A DNA stretch of 64,000 nt. Source: Alphaproteobacteria bacterium. Its GTDB lineage: Bacteria > Pseudomonadota > Alphaproteobacteria > MPNO01. The notes under the pieces were generated by a model. It worked only from the letters and a program-made list of their open reading frames with translations, ran no database searches and had not been told where the DNA came from. The stretch covers positions 2,604 through 66,603 of the forward strand of contig CBDBCV010000008.1 in assembly GCA_965203455.1 (NCBI GenBank). Direction: 5' to 3'. Below, one piece after another: positions 10,515 to 19,719 of the stretch (positions are counted from its first letter, which is position 1; the number at the start of each line of letters is the position of its first letter). The translations under genes and the position numbers were made by a program.

Positions 10515-11159
10515 TCAGACGGTTTTCGCCCGGTAGCGGCAGAGATCGGCGACGACGCAGGCCGGGCAATCGGGCTGACGCGCCTTGCAGGTATAGCGCC
10601 CGTGCAGGATCAGCCAGTGATGCGCGTGCTGCTTCCATCGCTCCGGGGTCCGGCGGACCAGCGCGTCCTCCACGGCGCGGACGGCCTTCCCGGGCGCCAG
10701 CGCAGTCCGGTTGCCGACCCGGAAGACATGGGTGTCGACCGCGATCGTCGGCTTCCCGAAGGCGATGTTGAGAACCACGTTGGCCGTTTTCCGCCCGACC
10801 CCGGGCAGGGTTTCGAGGGCCTCGCGATCCTCGGGAACCCTGCCGCCGAAGTCGGCGACGAGGCGTTCCGACAGCGCGATCACGTTTTTCGCCTTGTTGC
10901 GGTAGAGCCCGATCGTGCGGATGTAGTCGCGGAGCCTCGCCTCGCCGAGTCCGATCATCTTTTCCGGCGTGTCGGCGACGGCAAACAGCGGCCCCGTCGC
11001 CTTGTTCACGCCGACATCGGTCGCCTGCGCGGACAGGACGACGGCGACGAGCAGGGTATAGGTGTTCCGGTATTCGAGCTCGCCCTTCGGCGCCGGCATC
11101 GTTTCGGACAGGCGGCGGTAGAACTCGTCGACATCGGCAAGCGGCATCGGGCGCGGCAT
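10515..11159 (-). CDS. nth: Endonuclease III (DNA glycosylase/AP lyase)
   Basis: HhH-GPD motif 'LPGVGRKTANVVL'. 4Fe-4S cluster Cys ladder 'C…C..C…C' at the C-terminus. Confidence 0.92.
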   Translation of the reverse strand: MPRPMPLADVDEFYRRLSETMPAPKGELEYRNTYTLLVAVVLSAQATDVGVNKATGPLFAVADTPEKMIGLGEARLRDYIRTIGLYRNKAKNVIALSERLVADFGGRVPEDREALETLPGVGRKTANVVLNIAFGKPTIAVDTHVFRVGNRTALAPGKAVRAVEDALVRRTPERWKQHAHHWLILHGRYTCKARQPDCPACVVADLCRYRAKTV

Positions 11160-11250
11160 CGGGCGAGAGTAGCGCCGCCGCCGCTCGGGTCAAACGCATG
11201 GGCGAGGACCGGAGGCCGGCACTTCGGGCGGGCGCAGAGCCCCCACCCGG

Positions 11251-11305
11251 CCTCCCCCGCAAGCGGGGGAGGAGATTTTCTTCCCCCCTCCCGCTTGCGG
11301 GAGGG
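11251..11305. repeat. Pair of REP-like GC-rich palindromes in the nth / DUF2244 divergent intergenic region.
   Basis: 'cctcccccgcaagcgggggagga' at 11251–11273 and 'cccctcccgcttgcgggaggg' at 11285–11305. Each is a perfect hairpin. The loops 'gcaagc' and 'gcttgc' are reverse complements of each other. Confidence 0.5.
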
Positions 11306-11406
11306 CTCGGGGGAGGGCCTTTCGCCGGGGTGACAGCGGGGGGAGCGGCAGGGCGGGGACTCGGAGCCGTCTTGGCCGGCGGCCGGGGGCGGCTTATGGT
11401 TCGCGC

Positions 11407-11925
11407 ATGGAGACCGAGCCCGCCCCCATCTTCGCCGCGACGCTCGAGCCGCACCGCAGCCTGAGCCCGAGGGGCTTCGTCATCCTGATGAGCGCGATCG
11501 TGGCGGTGGCGTTCGGCGCGGGGCTCGCCTTCGCACTGGTGGGCGCGTGGCCGGTTTTCGGCTTTTTCGGGCTCGACGTGCTGCTGATCTACGTGGCGTT
11601 CAAGGCGAGCTATCGCAGCGGGCGCATGCACGAGACCCTGCGGCTGACCGAGAACGCGCTCACCGTCGAGCGCGTGGGGCCGGGCAGGCGTCACCGGTCG
11701 TGGCGCTTCCAGCCCTACTGGCTGCGGGTGGAAATGGACGATCCGCCGGAGCACGAAAGCCAGCTCACGCTCGCGTCGCACGGCCGCCGTCTCGTCGTCG
11801 GCGCGTTCCTCGCCCCGGAGGAAAGGCTGGAGGTCGCGCGCGCGCTGGGCGCGGCGCTGGGACGCCTCAGGCAGCCGCCGACCGGCTCGCTGGCGGCGCA
11901 AGATCCGGGTGGCCCGGCCGACTAG
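11407..11925 (+). CDS. DUF2244-like integral membrane protein
   Basis: 172 aa. Two TM helices near the N-terminus ('FVILMSAIVAVAFGAGLAFALVGAWPVFGFFGLDVLLIYVAF'). Confidence 0.55.
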   Translation: METEPAPIFAATLEPHRSLSPRGFVILMSAIVAVAFGAGLAFALVGAWPVFGFFGLDVLLIYVAFKASYRSGRMHETLRLTENALTVERVGPGRRHRSWRFQPYWLRVEMDDPPEHESQLTLASHGRRLVVGAFLAPEERLEVARALGAALGRLRQPPTGSLAAQDPGGPAD

Positions 11926-11963
11926 GCGCCCTTATCGTCGGCATCACTGCGCCGACGGAAAGG

Positions 11964-12827
11964 ATGCGGCCGATGGACGGTTCTTCGCACTACGACAAGA
12001 TCGAGCGGGCGATCCGCTTCATCGAGGACAACAGGCTCGACCAGCCGGGTCTCGACGAGATCGCGGCCGGCATCGGCATGAGTCCGTTCCATCTGCAGCG
12101 CGTGTTCACCGCGTGGGCGGGGGTGAGCCCGAAACTGTTCCTGCGCTACGTCACCCTGGACCATGCGCGCGAAGCGCTGATGGATGCGAGCCCGGTCCTC
12201 GACGCCGCGCTCGATGTCGGCCTGTCGGGGCCGGGCCGGCTCCACGACCTGTTCGTGACCCTGGAGGCGGCGACGCCAGGAGAGTTCGGCGCAGGAGGGC
12301 GCGGTCTCGATATCCGCTACGGTCTGCATGACGGTCCGTTCGGACGGTTTCTGGTGGCCGCGACCGAACGCGGCGTCTGCCGCATCGCCTTCGAGCAGGA
12401 GGGGGAGGATCAGGTCGAAGCGCTCGCCGACGCCTGGCCCAACGCCCGGCTGGTCGAGGACGAGGCCCGCACATGGCGGATCGCGGGCGAGGGGCTGGCG
12501 CACGGCATGACGGCGGGAGAGTCGCCGATCCGCCTCTGGGCGCGGGGAACCAATTTCCAGATCAAGGTGTGGGAAGCGCTCCTGCGGGTCCCGGCCGGAC
12601 GGCTGGCGAGCTACGGCGACATCGCCCGCGCGGTCGGCAATCCCCGGGCCAGCCGCGCGGTCGGGCAGGCCGTGGGCGCCAATCCCATCGCGGTGCTGAT
12701 CCCGTGCCACCGCGCGATCCGGGCGTCGGGCCGGTTCGAGACGGGCTATCGCTGGGGCAGCGCGCGCAAACGGGCCCTGATCGCCTGGGAGGCCGCCCGG
12801 CGGGAACGCGCGGGCGCGGCGGCCTGA
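11964..12827 (+). CDS. Ada-like bifunctional regulator: AraC-type HTH fused to methylated-DNA–protein-cysteine methyltransferase.
   Basis: AraC HTH 'MSPFHLQRVFTAWAGVSPKLFLRYV'. MGMT active site 'IPCHRAIRASG'. ATG at 11964. The longer listed ORF (11547..) overlaps the DUF2244 gene in another frame. Confidence 0.8.
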   Translation: MRPMDGSSHYDKIERAIRFIEDNRLDQPGLDEIAAGIGMSPFHLQRVFTAWAGVSPKLFLRYVTLDHAREALMDASPVLDAALDVGLSGPGRLHDLFVTLEAATPGEFGAGGRGLDIRYGLHDGPFGRFLVAATERGVCRIAFEQEGEDQVEALADAWPNARLVEDEARTWRIAGEGLAHGMTAGESPIRLWARGTNFQIKVWEALLRVPAGRLASYGDIARAVGNPRASRAVGQAVGANPIAVLIPCHRAIRASGRFETGYRWGSARKRALIAWEAARRERAGAAA

Positions 12828-12831
12828 CGGA

Positions 12832-13638
12832 TCAGAGGCCGAGCACGTCGGCCATGCCGTAGAGGCCGGGCGCCTGGCCGGGCGCCCAGCGCGCCGCGTG
12901 CACGGCGCCGCGCGAGAAGATGCGCCGCGAGGAGGCCTTGTGGGTGAGTTCGAGGCGCTCGCCCTCGACCGCGAACGTCACGGTATGCTCGCCGACCACG
13001 TCGCCCCCCCGCAGCACGGCGAAGCCGATATCGCCCTTCCCGCGCGCGCCGGTCTGGCCCTGGCGCGCCATCTGGGATACCGCCTCGAGCGACACCCCGC
13101 GGCCCTCGGCCGCGGCCCGTCCGAGCCCGAGCGCGGTGCCGGAGGGCGCGTCGACCTTGTGCTTGTGGTGCATCTCGAAGATTTCGATGTCGAAGCGGTC
13201 GTCGAGGATCCCGGCGACCTGCCGGGTGAGCGCGAACAGGATATTGACGGCGAGGCTCATATTGGGCGCGACGACGATGGGCGCGCTCGCGGCGGCGCCC
13301 CTGACCGCCCGTTCCTGGGCGGCATCGAGGCCGGTCGTGCCGATGACGTGAGGCGTCGCCGCCGCCCCGGCCATCGCCGCGTGCCGCGCCGTCGCGTCGG
13401 GCAGCGAGAACTCGATCACGACACCGGAACGCTCGAACACCTGGGCCGGATCGTCGCCGATGGCGATGCCGAGCGCGCCGACGCCCGCCCGCGTGCCGGC
13501 ATCCTCGCCGAGCGCGGGGTGGCCGGCATTGTCCGCCGCCGCGACGAGGACGCACCCCTCGGTCTCGGAAATTTCCTGGACCACCGCCGCCCCCATGCGG
13601 CCGGCCGCCCCAATCACGCCGATCTCCAGATCCGCCAT
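12832..13638 (-). CDS. dapB: 4-hydroxy-tetrahydrodipicolinate reductase
   Basis: N-terminal Rossmann fold 'IGVIGAAGRMG'. 'EMHHKHKVDAPSGTA' catalytic region. Confidence 0.92.
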   Translation of the reverse strand: MADLEIGVIGAAGRMGAAVVQEISETEGCVLVAAADNAGHPALGEDAGTRAGVGALGIAIGDDPAQVFERSGVVIEFSLPDATARHAAMAGAAATPHVIGTTGLDAAQERAVRGAAASAPIVVAPNMSLAVNILFALTRQVAGILDDRFDIEIFEMHHKHKVDAPSGTALGLGRAAAEGRGVSLEAVSQMARQGQTGARGKGDIGFAVLRGGDVVGEHTVTFAVEGERLELTHKASSRRIFSRGAVHAARWAPGQAPGLYGMADVLGL

Positions 13639-13716
13639 CGTTCCACCCGGACGTTTCGTTCAGCCGGGCGGCAGCATATCAGACCCGCCCCGGATCGGGC
13701 GCGAGGCCCGGCCGCG

Positions 13717-14175
13717 TCAGGTCTTGCGGAACCTGTCGAGCGAAACCACGCTGGCGGTGTCGGTTGCCGCGTCCTCGGTGCCGTCCGCCGCGTCGTCCGC
13801 TTCTTCCTCCGGCCCGGGTCCGAACCGGAGCCCGAAATCGACCGCCGGGTCCACGAAAGCGGTCACCGCCTCGAAGGGCACGGTGAGGCGCTCGGACCTG
13901 CCGCCGAAGGAAAGGGTCACGGAGAACCCGTCCTCGCCGGTCTCGAGCCCCCAGAACTGGTGCTGCAGAACGATGGTCATCTCGTCGGGATAGCGCGCCC
14001 GGAGATTGTCCGGGACGGTCACACCGTCGTGCTGCGTAAGGAAAGAGATGTAGTAGTGATGGTTCCCCGGCAGGCCCTGCTCCCCGGCGAGCGCCAGCGC
14101 GTCCCGCATCACGCCGCGCAATGCGCGCTGCATCATCTCCTGGTACGGGACGAGGGACTCGTCGGATTGCGACAT
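13717..14175 (-). CDS. sspB: ClpXP adaptor SspB-like protein
   Basis: 'LVPYQEMMQRALRGVMRDAL…PGNHHYYISFLT…MTIVLQHQFWGL' matches alphaproteobacterial SspB. Acidic C-terminal tail. Confidence 0.6.
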   Translation of the reverse strand: MSQSDESLVPYQEMMQRALRGVMRDALALAGEQGLPGNHHYYISFLTQHDGVTVPDNLRARYPDEMTIVLQHQFWGLETGEDGFSVTLSFGGRSERLTVPFEAVTAFVDPAVDFGLRFGPGPEEEADDAADGTEDAATDTASVVSLDRFRKT

Positions 14176-14549
14176 CGCGTTGACCTGAAAGGGGCGGGAC
14201 GGAAGTGGGGGGCTTCTGTTGCCCGGCGCCCCCCGAACCGCGCTTGCCCAGCAAGGCTAGGCAGCGAGTGCCAAGTCGTTATCGTTGGCAGCTTTGGTGT
14301 CGGCCCGATAACGGCGGTACCATGCCGGGCGAAAAGCAAGTCTTTACACGCGCGTCGATCCTGTTTCGCCCCCATGAAACCCGCGCGGCGGCGCTGGGAA
14401 GATTTGGTGGAGGCGCCGGGTACTGCCCCCGGGTCCGCTTCGCTTATTGCACAAGCCGTTTATCGCCATAGCCGGCTGACCGGCAGTTGCAATATAGTGC
14501 ATTTCACCTCCAATTCAAACTGGACGCGGGTCGGGATACGGGAGGCTGG

Positions 14550-15344
14550 ATGCGGCAATATCTCGACCTGATGCGTCATGTCCGCGACCGGGGCGTCGTG
14601 CGCGGTGACCGCACCGGCACGGGAACGAAGGGCATCTTCGGCTACCAGATGCGCTTCGACCTCGCGGACGGGTTTCCGCTGCTGACCACCAAGCGCCTCC
14701 ATCGCCCCTCGATCGTCCACGAGCTGCTCTGGTTCCTGGCGGGCGACACCAACATCCGCTACCTCAACGAGAACGGGGTGAGGATCTGGGACGAGTGGGC
14801 GGACGATAACGGCGATCTCGGGCCGGTCTACGGACGCCAGTGGCGGTCCTGGCCGCGGCCGGACGGCGCGACGGTCGACCAGCTTGCCGACACGGTCGAG
14901 GAGATCCGCACGAACCCCGACTCCCGGCGCCTGGTGGTAAGCGCATGGAACGTGGGCGAGCTCGATGCGATGGCGCTGCCGCCGTGCCACTGCCTGTTCC
15001 AGTTCCACGTCGCCGAAGGCAGGCTCTCGTGCCAGCTCTACCAGCGCAGCGCCGACATCTTCCTCGGCGTTCCGTTCAACATCGCGAGCTACGCGCTCCT
15101 GACCCATCTCGTCGCCCATGTCTGCGATCTCGAGCCGGGCGCGTTCGTGCACACCTTCGGCGACGCCCATCTCTACCTGAATCACCTCGACCAGGCCGAC
15201 GAGCAGCTCGCGCGTGTCCCCGGAAAGCTGCCGCGGCTCCGGCTCAACCCGGACCGGCGCGACCTCTTCGCCTTCACCGCCGACGACATCGCCATCGAGG
15301 ACTATCATCCGCAGGAGCACATCAGGGCGCCGGTCGCGGTCTAG
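14550..15344 (+). CDS. thyA: Thymidylate synthase
   Basis: '[11 protein letters not shown]…' start. Active-site '[11 protein letters not shown]'. Confidence 0.93.
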   Translation: MRQYLDLMRHVRDRGVVRGDRTGTGTKGIFGYQMRFDLADGFPLLTTKRLHRPSIVHELLWFLAGDTNIRYLNENGVRIWDEWADDNGDLGPVYGRQWRSWPRPDGATVDQLADTVEEIRTNPDSRRLVVSAWNVGELDAMALPPCHCLFQFHVAEGRLSCQLYQRSADIFLGVPFNIASYALLTHLVAHVCDLEPGAFVHTFGDAHLYLNHLDQADEQLARVPGKLPRLRLNPDRRDLFAFTADDIAIEDYHPQEHIRAPVAV

Positions 15345-15391
15345 GCGATAGCCGCGCCGCCCGGGAGGAGCGTTTGCGGTTGTTGAACGGG

Positions 15392-16297
15392 ATGAGCATT
15401 CGGGGAGCCTTCGGCGTCCTCTGGATCGCGGCCGGAACCGCCACGATCCTGGTTCTCGGGCTCGTCGCGCTTGTCTGGCCGGAGGCTCTGGCGGGCGGCG
15501 GGACCGGCGTGCCGACCGCCGTCGTGTGGGCCTCGCTGGCGGTGCTCGCTCTGGTCGTCGCGGTGTGCGGGGCGGTTGCCGACCGGATCCTCCTCGCCCG
15601 GCTGCACGATCGCCGCAGCCTGCCCTCGCGGCCGGAGTTCCGCGACGTGCGCAGCCTGGAGCACCCGGCCCACGCGGACGAGCTGGACGGGCGGACGCTG
15701 GCGGAGCTGCGCTACGTCGTGTTCGATACCGAGACCACGGGCCTCCGGCCGTCGGACGGCGACGAGATCATCTCGATCGCGGCGGTGCGCTGCAGCCGCG
15801 GCGCAGTCGACGAGACGGGCGCGTTCTCCCGGCTGGTGAACCCGGGACGGCCGATCCCGCGCGCCTCGATCCGGTTCCACGGCATCACCGACGAGATGGT
15901 GGCGGGAGAGGCGCCGATCGGCGACGTCCTGCCGGCGTTCCACGCCTATGCGGGCGATGCGGTGCTGGTCGCGCACAACGCCGATTTCGACATGACCTTC
16001 CTTCGCCTGAAGGAGGCGGAGACCGGCGTCGCGTTCGCCAACGTGGTGCTGGATACGCTGCTGCTCTCGGTCTTCGCCGACCCGGTGTCGCAGAACCATT
16101 CCCTCGATGCGATCGCCGAGCGGCTGGGCGTCGAGGTCGAGGGGCGGCACACCGCGCTCGGCGACTCGATCGCGACCGCGCGGGTGTTCTGCAAGCTGCT
16201 GCCGCGGCTCGAGGCGCGCGGCGTCGTCACGCTCGGACAGGTGCTCCACGCTTCGGAGCGGGTCCGGCGCCAGCGGGGGCTCGACCTCGAATACTGA
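15392..16297 (+). CDS. DEDDh 3'-5' exonuclease (DnaQ-like) with an N-terminal two-helix membrane anchor.
   Basis: Exo I 'VVFDTETTGL', Exo II 'HNADFD', Exo III 'HTALGDSIATARVF'. First ~70 aa are two hydrophobic helices. Confidence 0.75.
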   Translation: MSIRGAFGVLWIAAGTATILVLGLVALVWPEALAGGGTGVPTAVVWASLAVLALVVAVCGAVADRILLARLHDRRSLPSRPEFRDVRSLEHPAHADELDGRTLAELRYVVFDTETTGLRPSDGDEIISIAAVRCSRGAVDETGAFSRLVNPGRPIPRASIRFHGITDEMVAGEAPIGDVLPAFHAYAGDAVLVAHNADFDMTFLRLKEAETGVAFANVVLDTLLLSVFADPVSQNHSLDAIAERLGVEVEGRHTALGDSIATARVFCKLLPRLEARGVVTLGQVLHASERVRRQRGLDLEY

Positions 16298-16305
16298 GCG
16301 GCGGA

Positions 16306-17766
16306 TCAGAGCACATCGCCGCCGAACTCGACGCGCATCCGGGCGCGCAGGCGCTCGACGGCGCGCAGCGCCTGGCGGAGGTCGCGTTTCCGCCGCGGCG
16401 TGAGGCCTTTCGGGTCGACGAAACTCGATACCGGCGCGCCCGCCCGGAAATCCGCGAGCTGGCGGCCGAGCAGCAGCCGGCAGATCGTGCGGCGGGCGCT
16501 TTCGAGCTCGTCGTGCTCGTCATCGGCAAGCACCCCGGCGGCGTGCGCGGCGGCGAGGCGGTCCCGGGTGGCCGTCGCCGGCACGCCGTCGCGCAGCGCG
16601 AACAGCCTGGCGGCCTCGACCAGCGGCAGGATGCCGTGCAGCTTCAGGTTCACCTTGCCGCGATGGGCTGGATCGGCGCTCTCGGTGGCGAAGCGTCCGA
16701 ACCATTTGAGCGCGGTCCTGTGGTCCCGGTCCGCGCTGTAGACCTCCCGCAGGAACGTTTCGTTGCCGGCGGTGCGTTCGGTGACGTGCTCCCGCAGCGC
16801 GGCCGCCAGCCCGGACTCGCCCCAGCCGAGGCGGAAGTCGAAAAAGATGTCGAAATCGAGCAGCGGGTCCACCCGCGCCCGGCGGCACCAGGTGTCGACC
16901 TGTTCCCGCCACCCGGCGAGCGTCCGGCGCCATTTGGGATTGGTCGCCATCACGCCGCCCGTGCAATAGGGGATGCCCACAGCGTCGAGGTCGCGCGACA
17001 GGCGCCGGGCGAGGTCCGCGAACCAGCGGTCGGCGTCTTCGTCCAGGGCTTCGGCGCCGCCCTCGACGACGAAGCCGTAATCCTGGTCGGGAACGAGGAA
17101 GTTCTCGTGGCGGCCGCCCGATCCCATGACGATCATCGCGAACGGCGCCGGCGCGGCATCGAGACCCTCGCCTGCCATCGCCGCCAGATTGCGCTCGAGC
17201 AGGCGGGCATAGATGTCGTTGTTGACGTGGCTCAGCGTTGCCTGGATGTCGCCGACGGCAACGTTGGCGTCGAACAGGGTGTCGGCGACCCGGACCTGCG
17301 CGGCCTTGATCTCGCGCAGCCCGTCGTCGCTGTCGTCGCGCGTCAGGTCGTCGATCGCCAGAACCATGTCCTCGGCCGCGCGGGCCATCGCGTCGTGCAG
17401 GTCGAGGATGCCGGCGAGCCGTCCTTCCCCGTCGATCACGGGCATGTGACGGTGGCCGAGCCGCCGCATCCTAGCGATGGCGATGAACAGGTGCTCGTCC
17501 TCGCGGATGCAGCGGACCGGGAATGACATGAGGTCGCCGACCGGCTGTTCGGGCGGCGCGGCGAAGGTCGCGCGGCGGACGATGTCGCGTTCGGTGACGA
17601 TCCCGACCGGCCTGCGCCCGCCGTCGACGACCACCGCGGCGGATGCCTTCTCGGTCGCCATGCGGCCGACGACCTCGCGGAGCGTCGCGTCGGCGGTCAC
17701 CGCGACTGGCGGGCGGCGGGCATGGTCCCGCGCCCGGAGAAAGAAGATCTCGGTTGCCACCGGCAT
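16306..17766 (-). CDS. CBS-pair plus DUF294 nucleotidyltransferase-domain protein
   Basis: Starts at MPVATEIFF (ATG at 17766). Two CBS motifs. 'GSGGRHENFLVPDQDYGFVV' is a nucleotidyltransferase G[SG] motif. The listed 749-aa ORF's N-terminus is GC-rich read-through. Confidence 0.7.
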   Translation of the reverse strand: MPVATEIFFLRARDHARRPPVAVTADATLREVVGRMATEKASAAVVVDGGRRPVGIVTERDIVRRATFAAPPEQPVGDLMSFPVRCIREDEHLFIAIARMRRLGHRHMPVIDGEGRLAGILDLHDAMARAAEDMVLAIDDLTRDDSDDGLREIKAAQVRVADTLFDANVAVGDIQATLSHVNNDIYARLLERNLAAMAGEGLDAAPAPFAMIVMGSGGRHENFLVPDQDYGFVVEGGAEALDEDADRWFADLARRLSRDLDAVGIPYCTGGVMATNPKWRRTLAGWREQVDTWCRRARVDPLLDFDIFFDFRLGWGESGLAAALREHVTERTAGNETFLREVYSADRDHRTALKWFGRFATESADPAHRGKVNLKLHGILPLVEAARLFALRDGVPATATRDRLAAAHAAGVLADDEHDELESARRTICRLLLGRQLADFRAGAPVSSFVDPKGLTPRRKRDLRQALRAVERLRARMRVEFGGDVL

Positions 17767-17895
17767 CGCCGTCCCCGCCCCGCGGCCGCTCCCGGGCGGA
17801 ACACACCATGCCGGCTCGACCCCGGTCAATGTTCTTGCGGAACGTCCCGGCGAGGATTTACCGTTCCTGGGTCGGTTGGGGAGAGGAGGCAGGCG

Positions 17896-18594
17896 ATGCA
17901 GGCGAAGGACATCATGACGACCCGGGTGGTGACGGTGGGCCCGGACGTGTCGGTCACCGAGATCGCGCGGACGCTGACCGATCACCACATCAGCGCGGTT
18001 CCGGTGGTCGAGGAGGACGGCGCGCTGCTCGGCATCGTGAGCGAGGGGGATTTGCTGCGCCGCCCCGAGGTCGGCACCGAGAAGCAGGCCGGCTCGTGGT
18101 GGCTCAATTTGTGGCGCGATCCTTCCGACCTCGCCGACGACTTCACCAAGGCGCACGGCAGGACCGCGCGCGACGTGATGACCGCGCCGGTGATCTCGGT
18201 GGGGCCCGACGCGCCGCTGTCGGAGATCGCCGAGACGCTGGAGCGCAACCACATCAAGCGGGTTCCGATCGTCGACGGCGGCAGGGTGGTGGGGTTGATC
18301 AGCCGGGCCAACATCATCCGCGAGATCGCCTCGGCGGGTTCGGTCTCGATCGCGACGCACGCGGACGACGAGGCGATCCGGAAGGCGGTCGACCGGGCGC
18401 TGTCGGCGCAGCCCTGGGCGAGCTACGGCACCACCAGCGTGACGGTGAAGGAGGGCCGTGTGGAGTTCTGGGGGGTGGTGGGCTCGGAGTCCGAGCGCGC
18501 CGCGACCCGGGTGCTCGCCGCGGAGATCGACGGCGTCAAGGACGTGGCAGACCACAGAGCCCTCAGGTCAAGGGTCAAGACGGTCGTGCCGTAG
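17896..18594 (+). CDS. CBS-pair / BON-domain protein
   Basis: RBS GAGGAGG 8 nt upstream of the ATG at 17896. Two CBS domains. C-terminal BON-like region ('VTVKEGRVEFWGVV…AEIDGVKDV'). Confidence 0.7.
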   Translation: MQAKDIMTTRVVTVGPDVSVTEIARTLTDHHISAVPVVEEDGALLGIVSEGDLLRRPEVGTEKQAGSWWLNLWRDPSDLADDFTKAHGRTARDVMTAPVISVGPDAPLSEIAETLERNHIKRVPIVDGGRVVGLISRANIIREIASAGSVSIATHADDEAIRKAVDRALSAQPWASYGTTSVTVKEGRVEFWGVVGSESERAATRVLAAEIDGVKDVADHRALRSRVKTVVP

Positions 18595-18671
18595 CTCCCG
18601 GCGCCGCGCCGCTTGATCCGCCGGCCCGGAGCGGGCTTGATCGCGCCATCACGTAAAGGAGGCGCGGGCTC

Positions 18672-19082
18672 ATGACGGCCGACATCGACATCTACAACCC
18701 CGACGCGCTCGGCGCGCCGCTGGGTCAGTACACCCATGTGACGCGGGTGAAGGCGTCCGAATTCCTGTTCATCGCGGGCATGCTGTCCGCCGATCCCGAC
18801 GGCAATGTCGTCGGCGAGCGGGATTTCGACGCGCAGTGCACCCAGGTCTTCGCGAACGTGCACGCCGCGCTGGAATCGGCCGGCGCCGGCTGGGACAACG
18901 TGGTCCAGTTCACCACCTATATGGTGCATTCGCAGTCGATCCCGGAGTTCATGAAATTCCGCCTGCGCGAATTCCCCGCGATGTTCCCGGACGGCAAATA
19001 CCCGCCGAACACCCTGCTCCTCGTCGACCGGCTGGTGCAGGAGCCCTTCCTGATCGAGGTGCAAACCGTCGCGGCGGTTTGA
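18672..19082 (+). CDS. ridA: RidA/YjgF-family reactive-intermediate deaminase
   Basis: 136 aa. 'FIAGMLSADPDGNVVG…' and C-terminal 'EPFLIEVQTVAAV' are typical of RidA. Confidence 0.8.
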   Translation: MTADIDIYNPDALGAPLGQYTHVTRVKASEFLFIAGMLSADPDGNVVGERDFDAQCTQVFANVHAALESAGAGWDNVVQFTTYMVHSQSIPEFMKFRLREFPAMFPDGKYPPNTLLLVDRLVQEPFLIEVQTVAAV

Positions 19083-19094
19083 AAACAGCCGAGG

Positions 19095-19205
19095 CGGGCC
19101 CTTCGATACGCCGCTTCGCGGCTACTCAGGGTGAGGATAAGGAGCGCGTTTTCAACCATTTCCCCTTATCCCGAGTAGGCGCGAAGCGCCGTATCGAGGG
19201 ACGCT
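19095..19205. repeat. Imperfect ~40-bp inverted repeat (long hairpin) downstream of ridA.
   Basis: 'cccttcgatacgccgcttcgcggctactcagggtgaggataagg' and 'ccttatcccgagtaggcgcgaagcgccgtatcgaggg' are near reverse complements. Confidence 0.45.
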
Positions 19206-19239
19206 CCGCCGCCATGCCTCCATCCGAAGGGGATGCGCC

Positions 19240-19719
19240 CTAAAGCGGCACCACGAGCAGGGTGTCGACGGTGCGGGAGTCGCACACCACCACGCGCTCG
19301 GCGAATTTGAGGACGCCGTCCGCCTCGACGATCCGGTCGAGATAGCGGCCGCAAGCGAAGACCGACATCGCGCCCGAGTGCATGGTGCGGACGACGACGA
19401 AGTTGGTCCGCGCGGTGTGGACCCCGCCGTCCTTTCCGGCGATCTCGGCGGCGTCGACGGTATGGCAATAGGTATGGGGCTCGAAGATGTTGGCCGTCCG
19501 CATGGCACGTACCCGGTCGCGCATCATCGCCGCCCCGTCGCAGTGGACGATGGCGAGCGGCATTCCGGCCTCGTGGTTCTCCCGCGTGACGATGCGGTAG
19601 AGCCCGTCGTCGGTGAAGAAGCCGGGCCAGTCCTCCAGCCGGTCGTCGTCGATGGCGTGCGCGTAAGCCGTGTTGAGCCGCGCGATGCGCGCCGCCAGCG
19701 CGTCCCCGGCCCCGGTCAC
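19240..19719 (-). CDS. Aromatic-ring-hydroxylating dioxygenase beta subunit
   Basis: ~160 aa, SnoaL-like ('DDRLEDWPGFFTDDGLYRIV…'). GTG start overlaps the alpha-subunit stop (GTGA). Confidence 0.7.
   Translation of the reverse strand: MTGAGDALAARIARLNTAYAHAIDDDRLEDWPGFFTDDGLYRIVTRENHEAGMPLAIVHCDGAAMMRDRVRAMRTANIFEPHTYCHTVDAAEIAGKDGGVHTARTNFVVVRTMHSGAMSVFACGRYLDRIVEADGVLKFAERVVVCDSRTVDTLLVVPL

Noticed and set aside
11547-12827. 426-aa ORF as the full Ada-like protein.
   Set aside because: The N-terminal 139 codons overlap the DUF2244 gene in another frame and are Arg-rich. A real start with domain-consistent sequence is ATG at 11964.
14176-14549. tRNA, tmRNA or other RNA gene in the 370-nt gap upstream of thyA (and elsewhere).
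   Set aside because: No cloverleaf-compatible segment with a GTTCRANYC T-loop motif was found by eye. The region is more likely promoter/5'-UTR. Kept as low-priority only.
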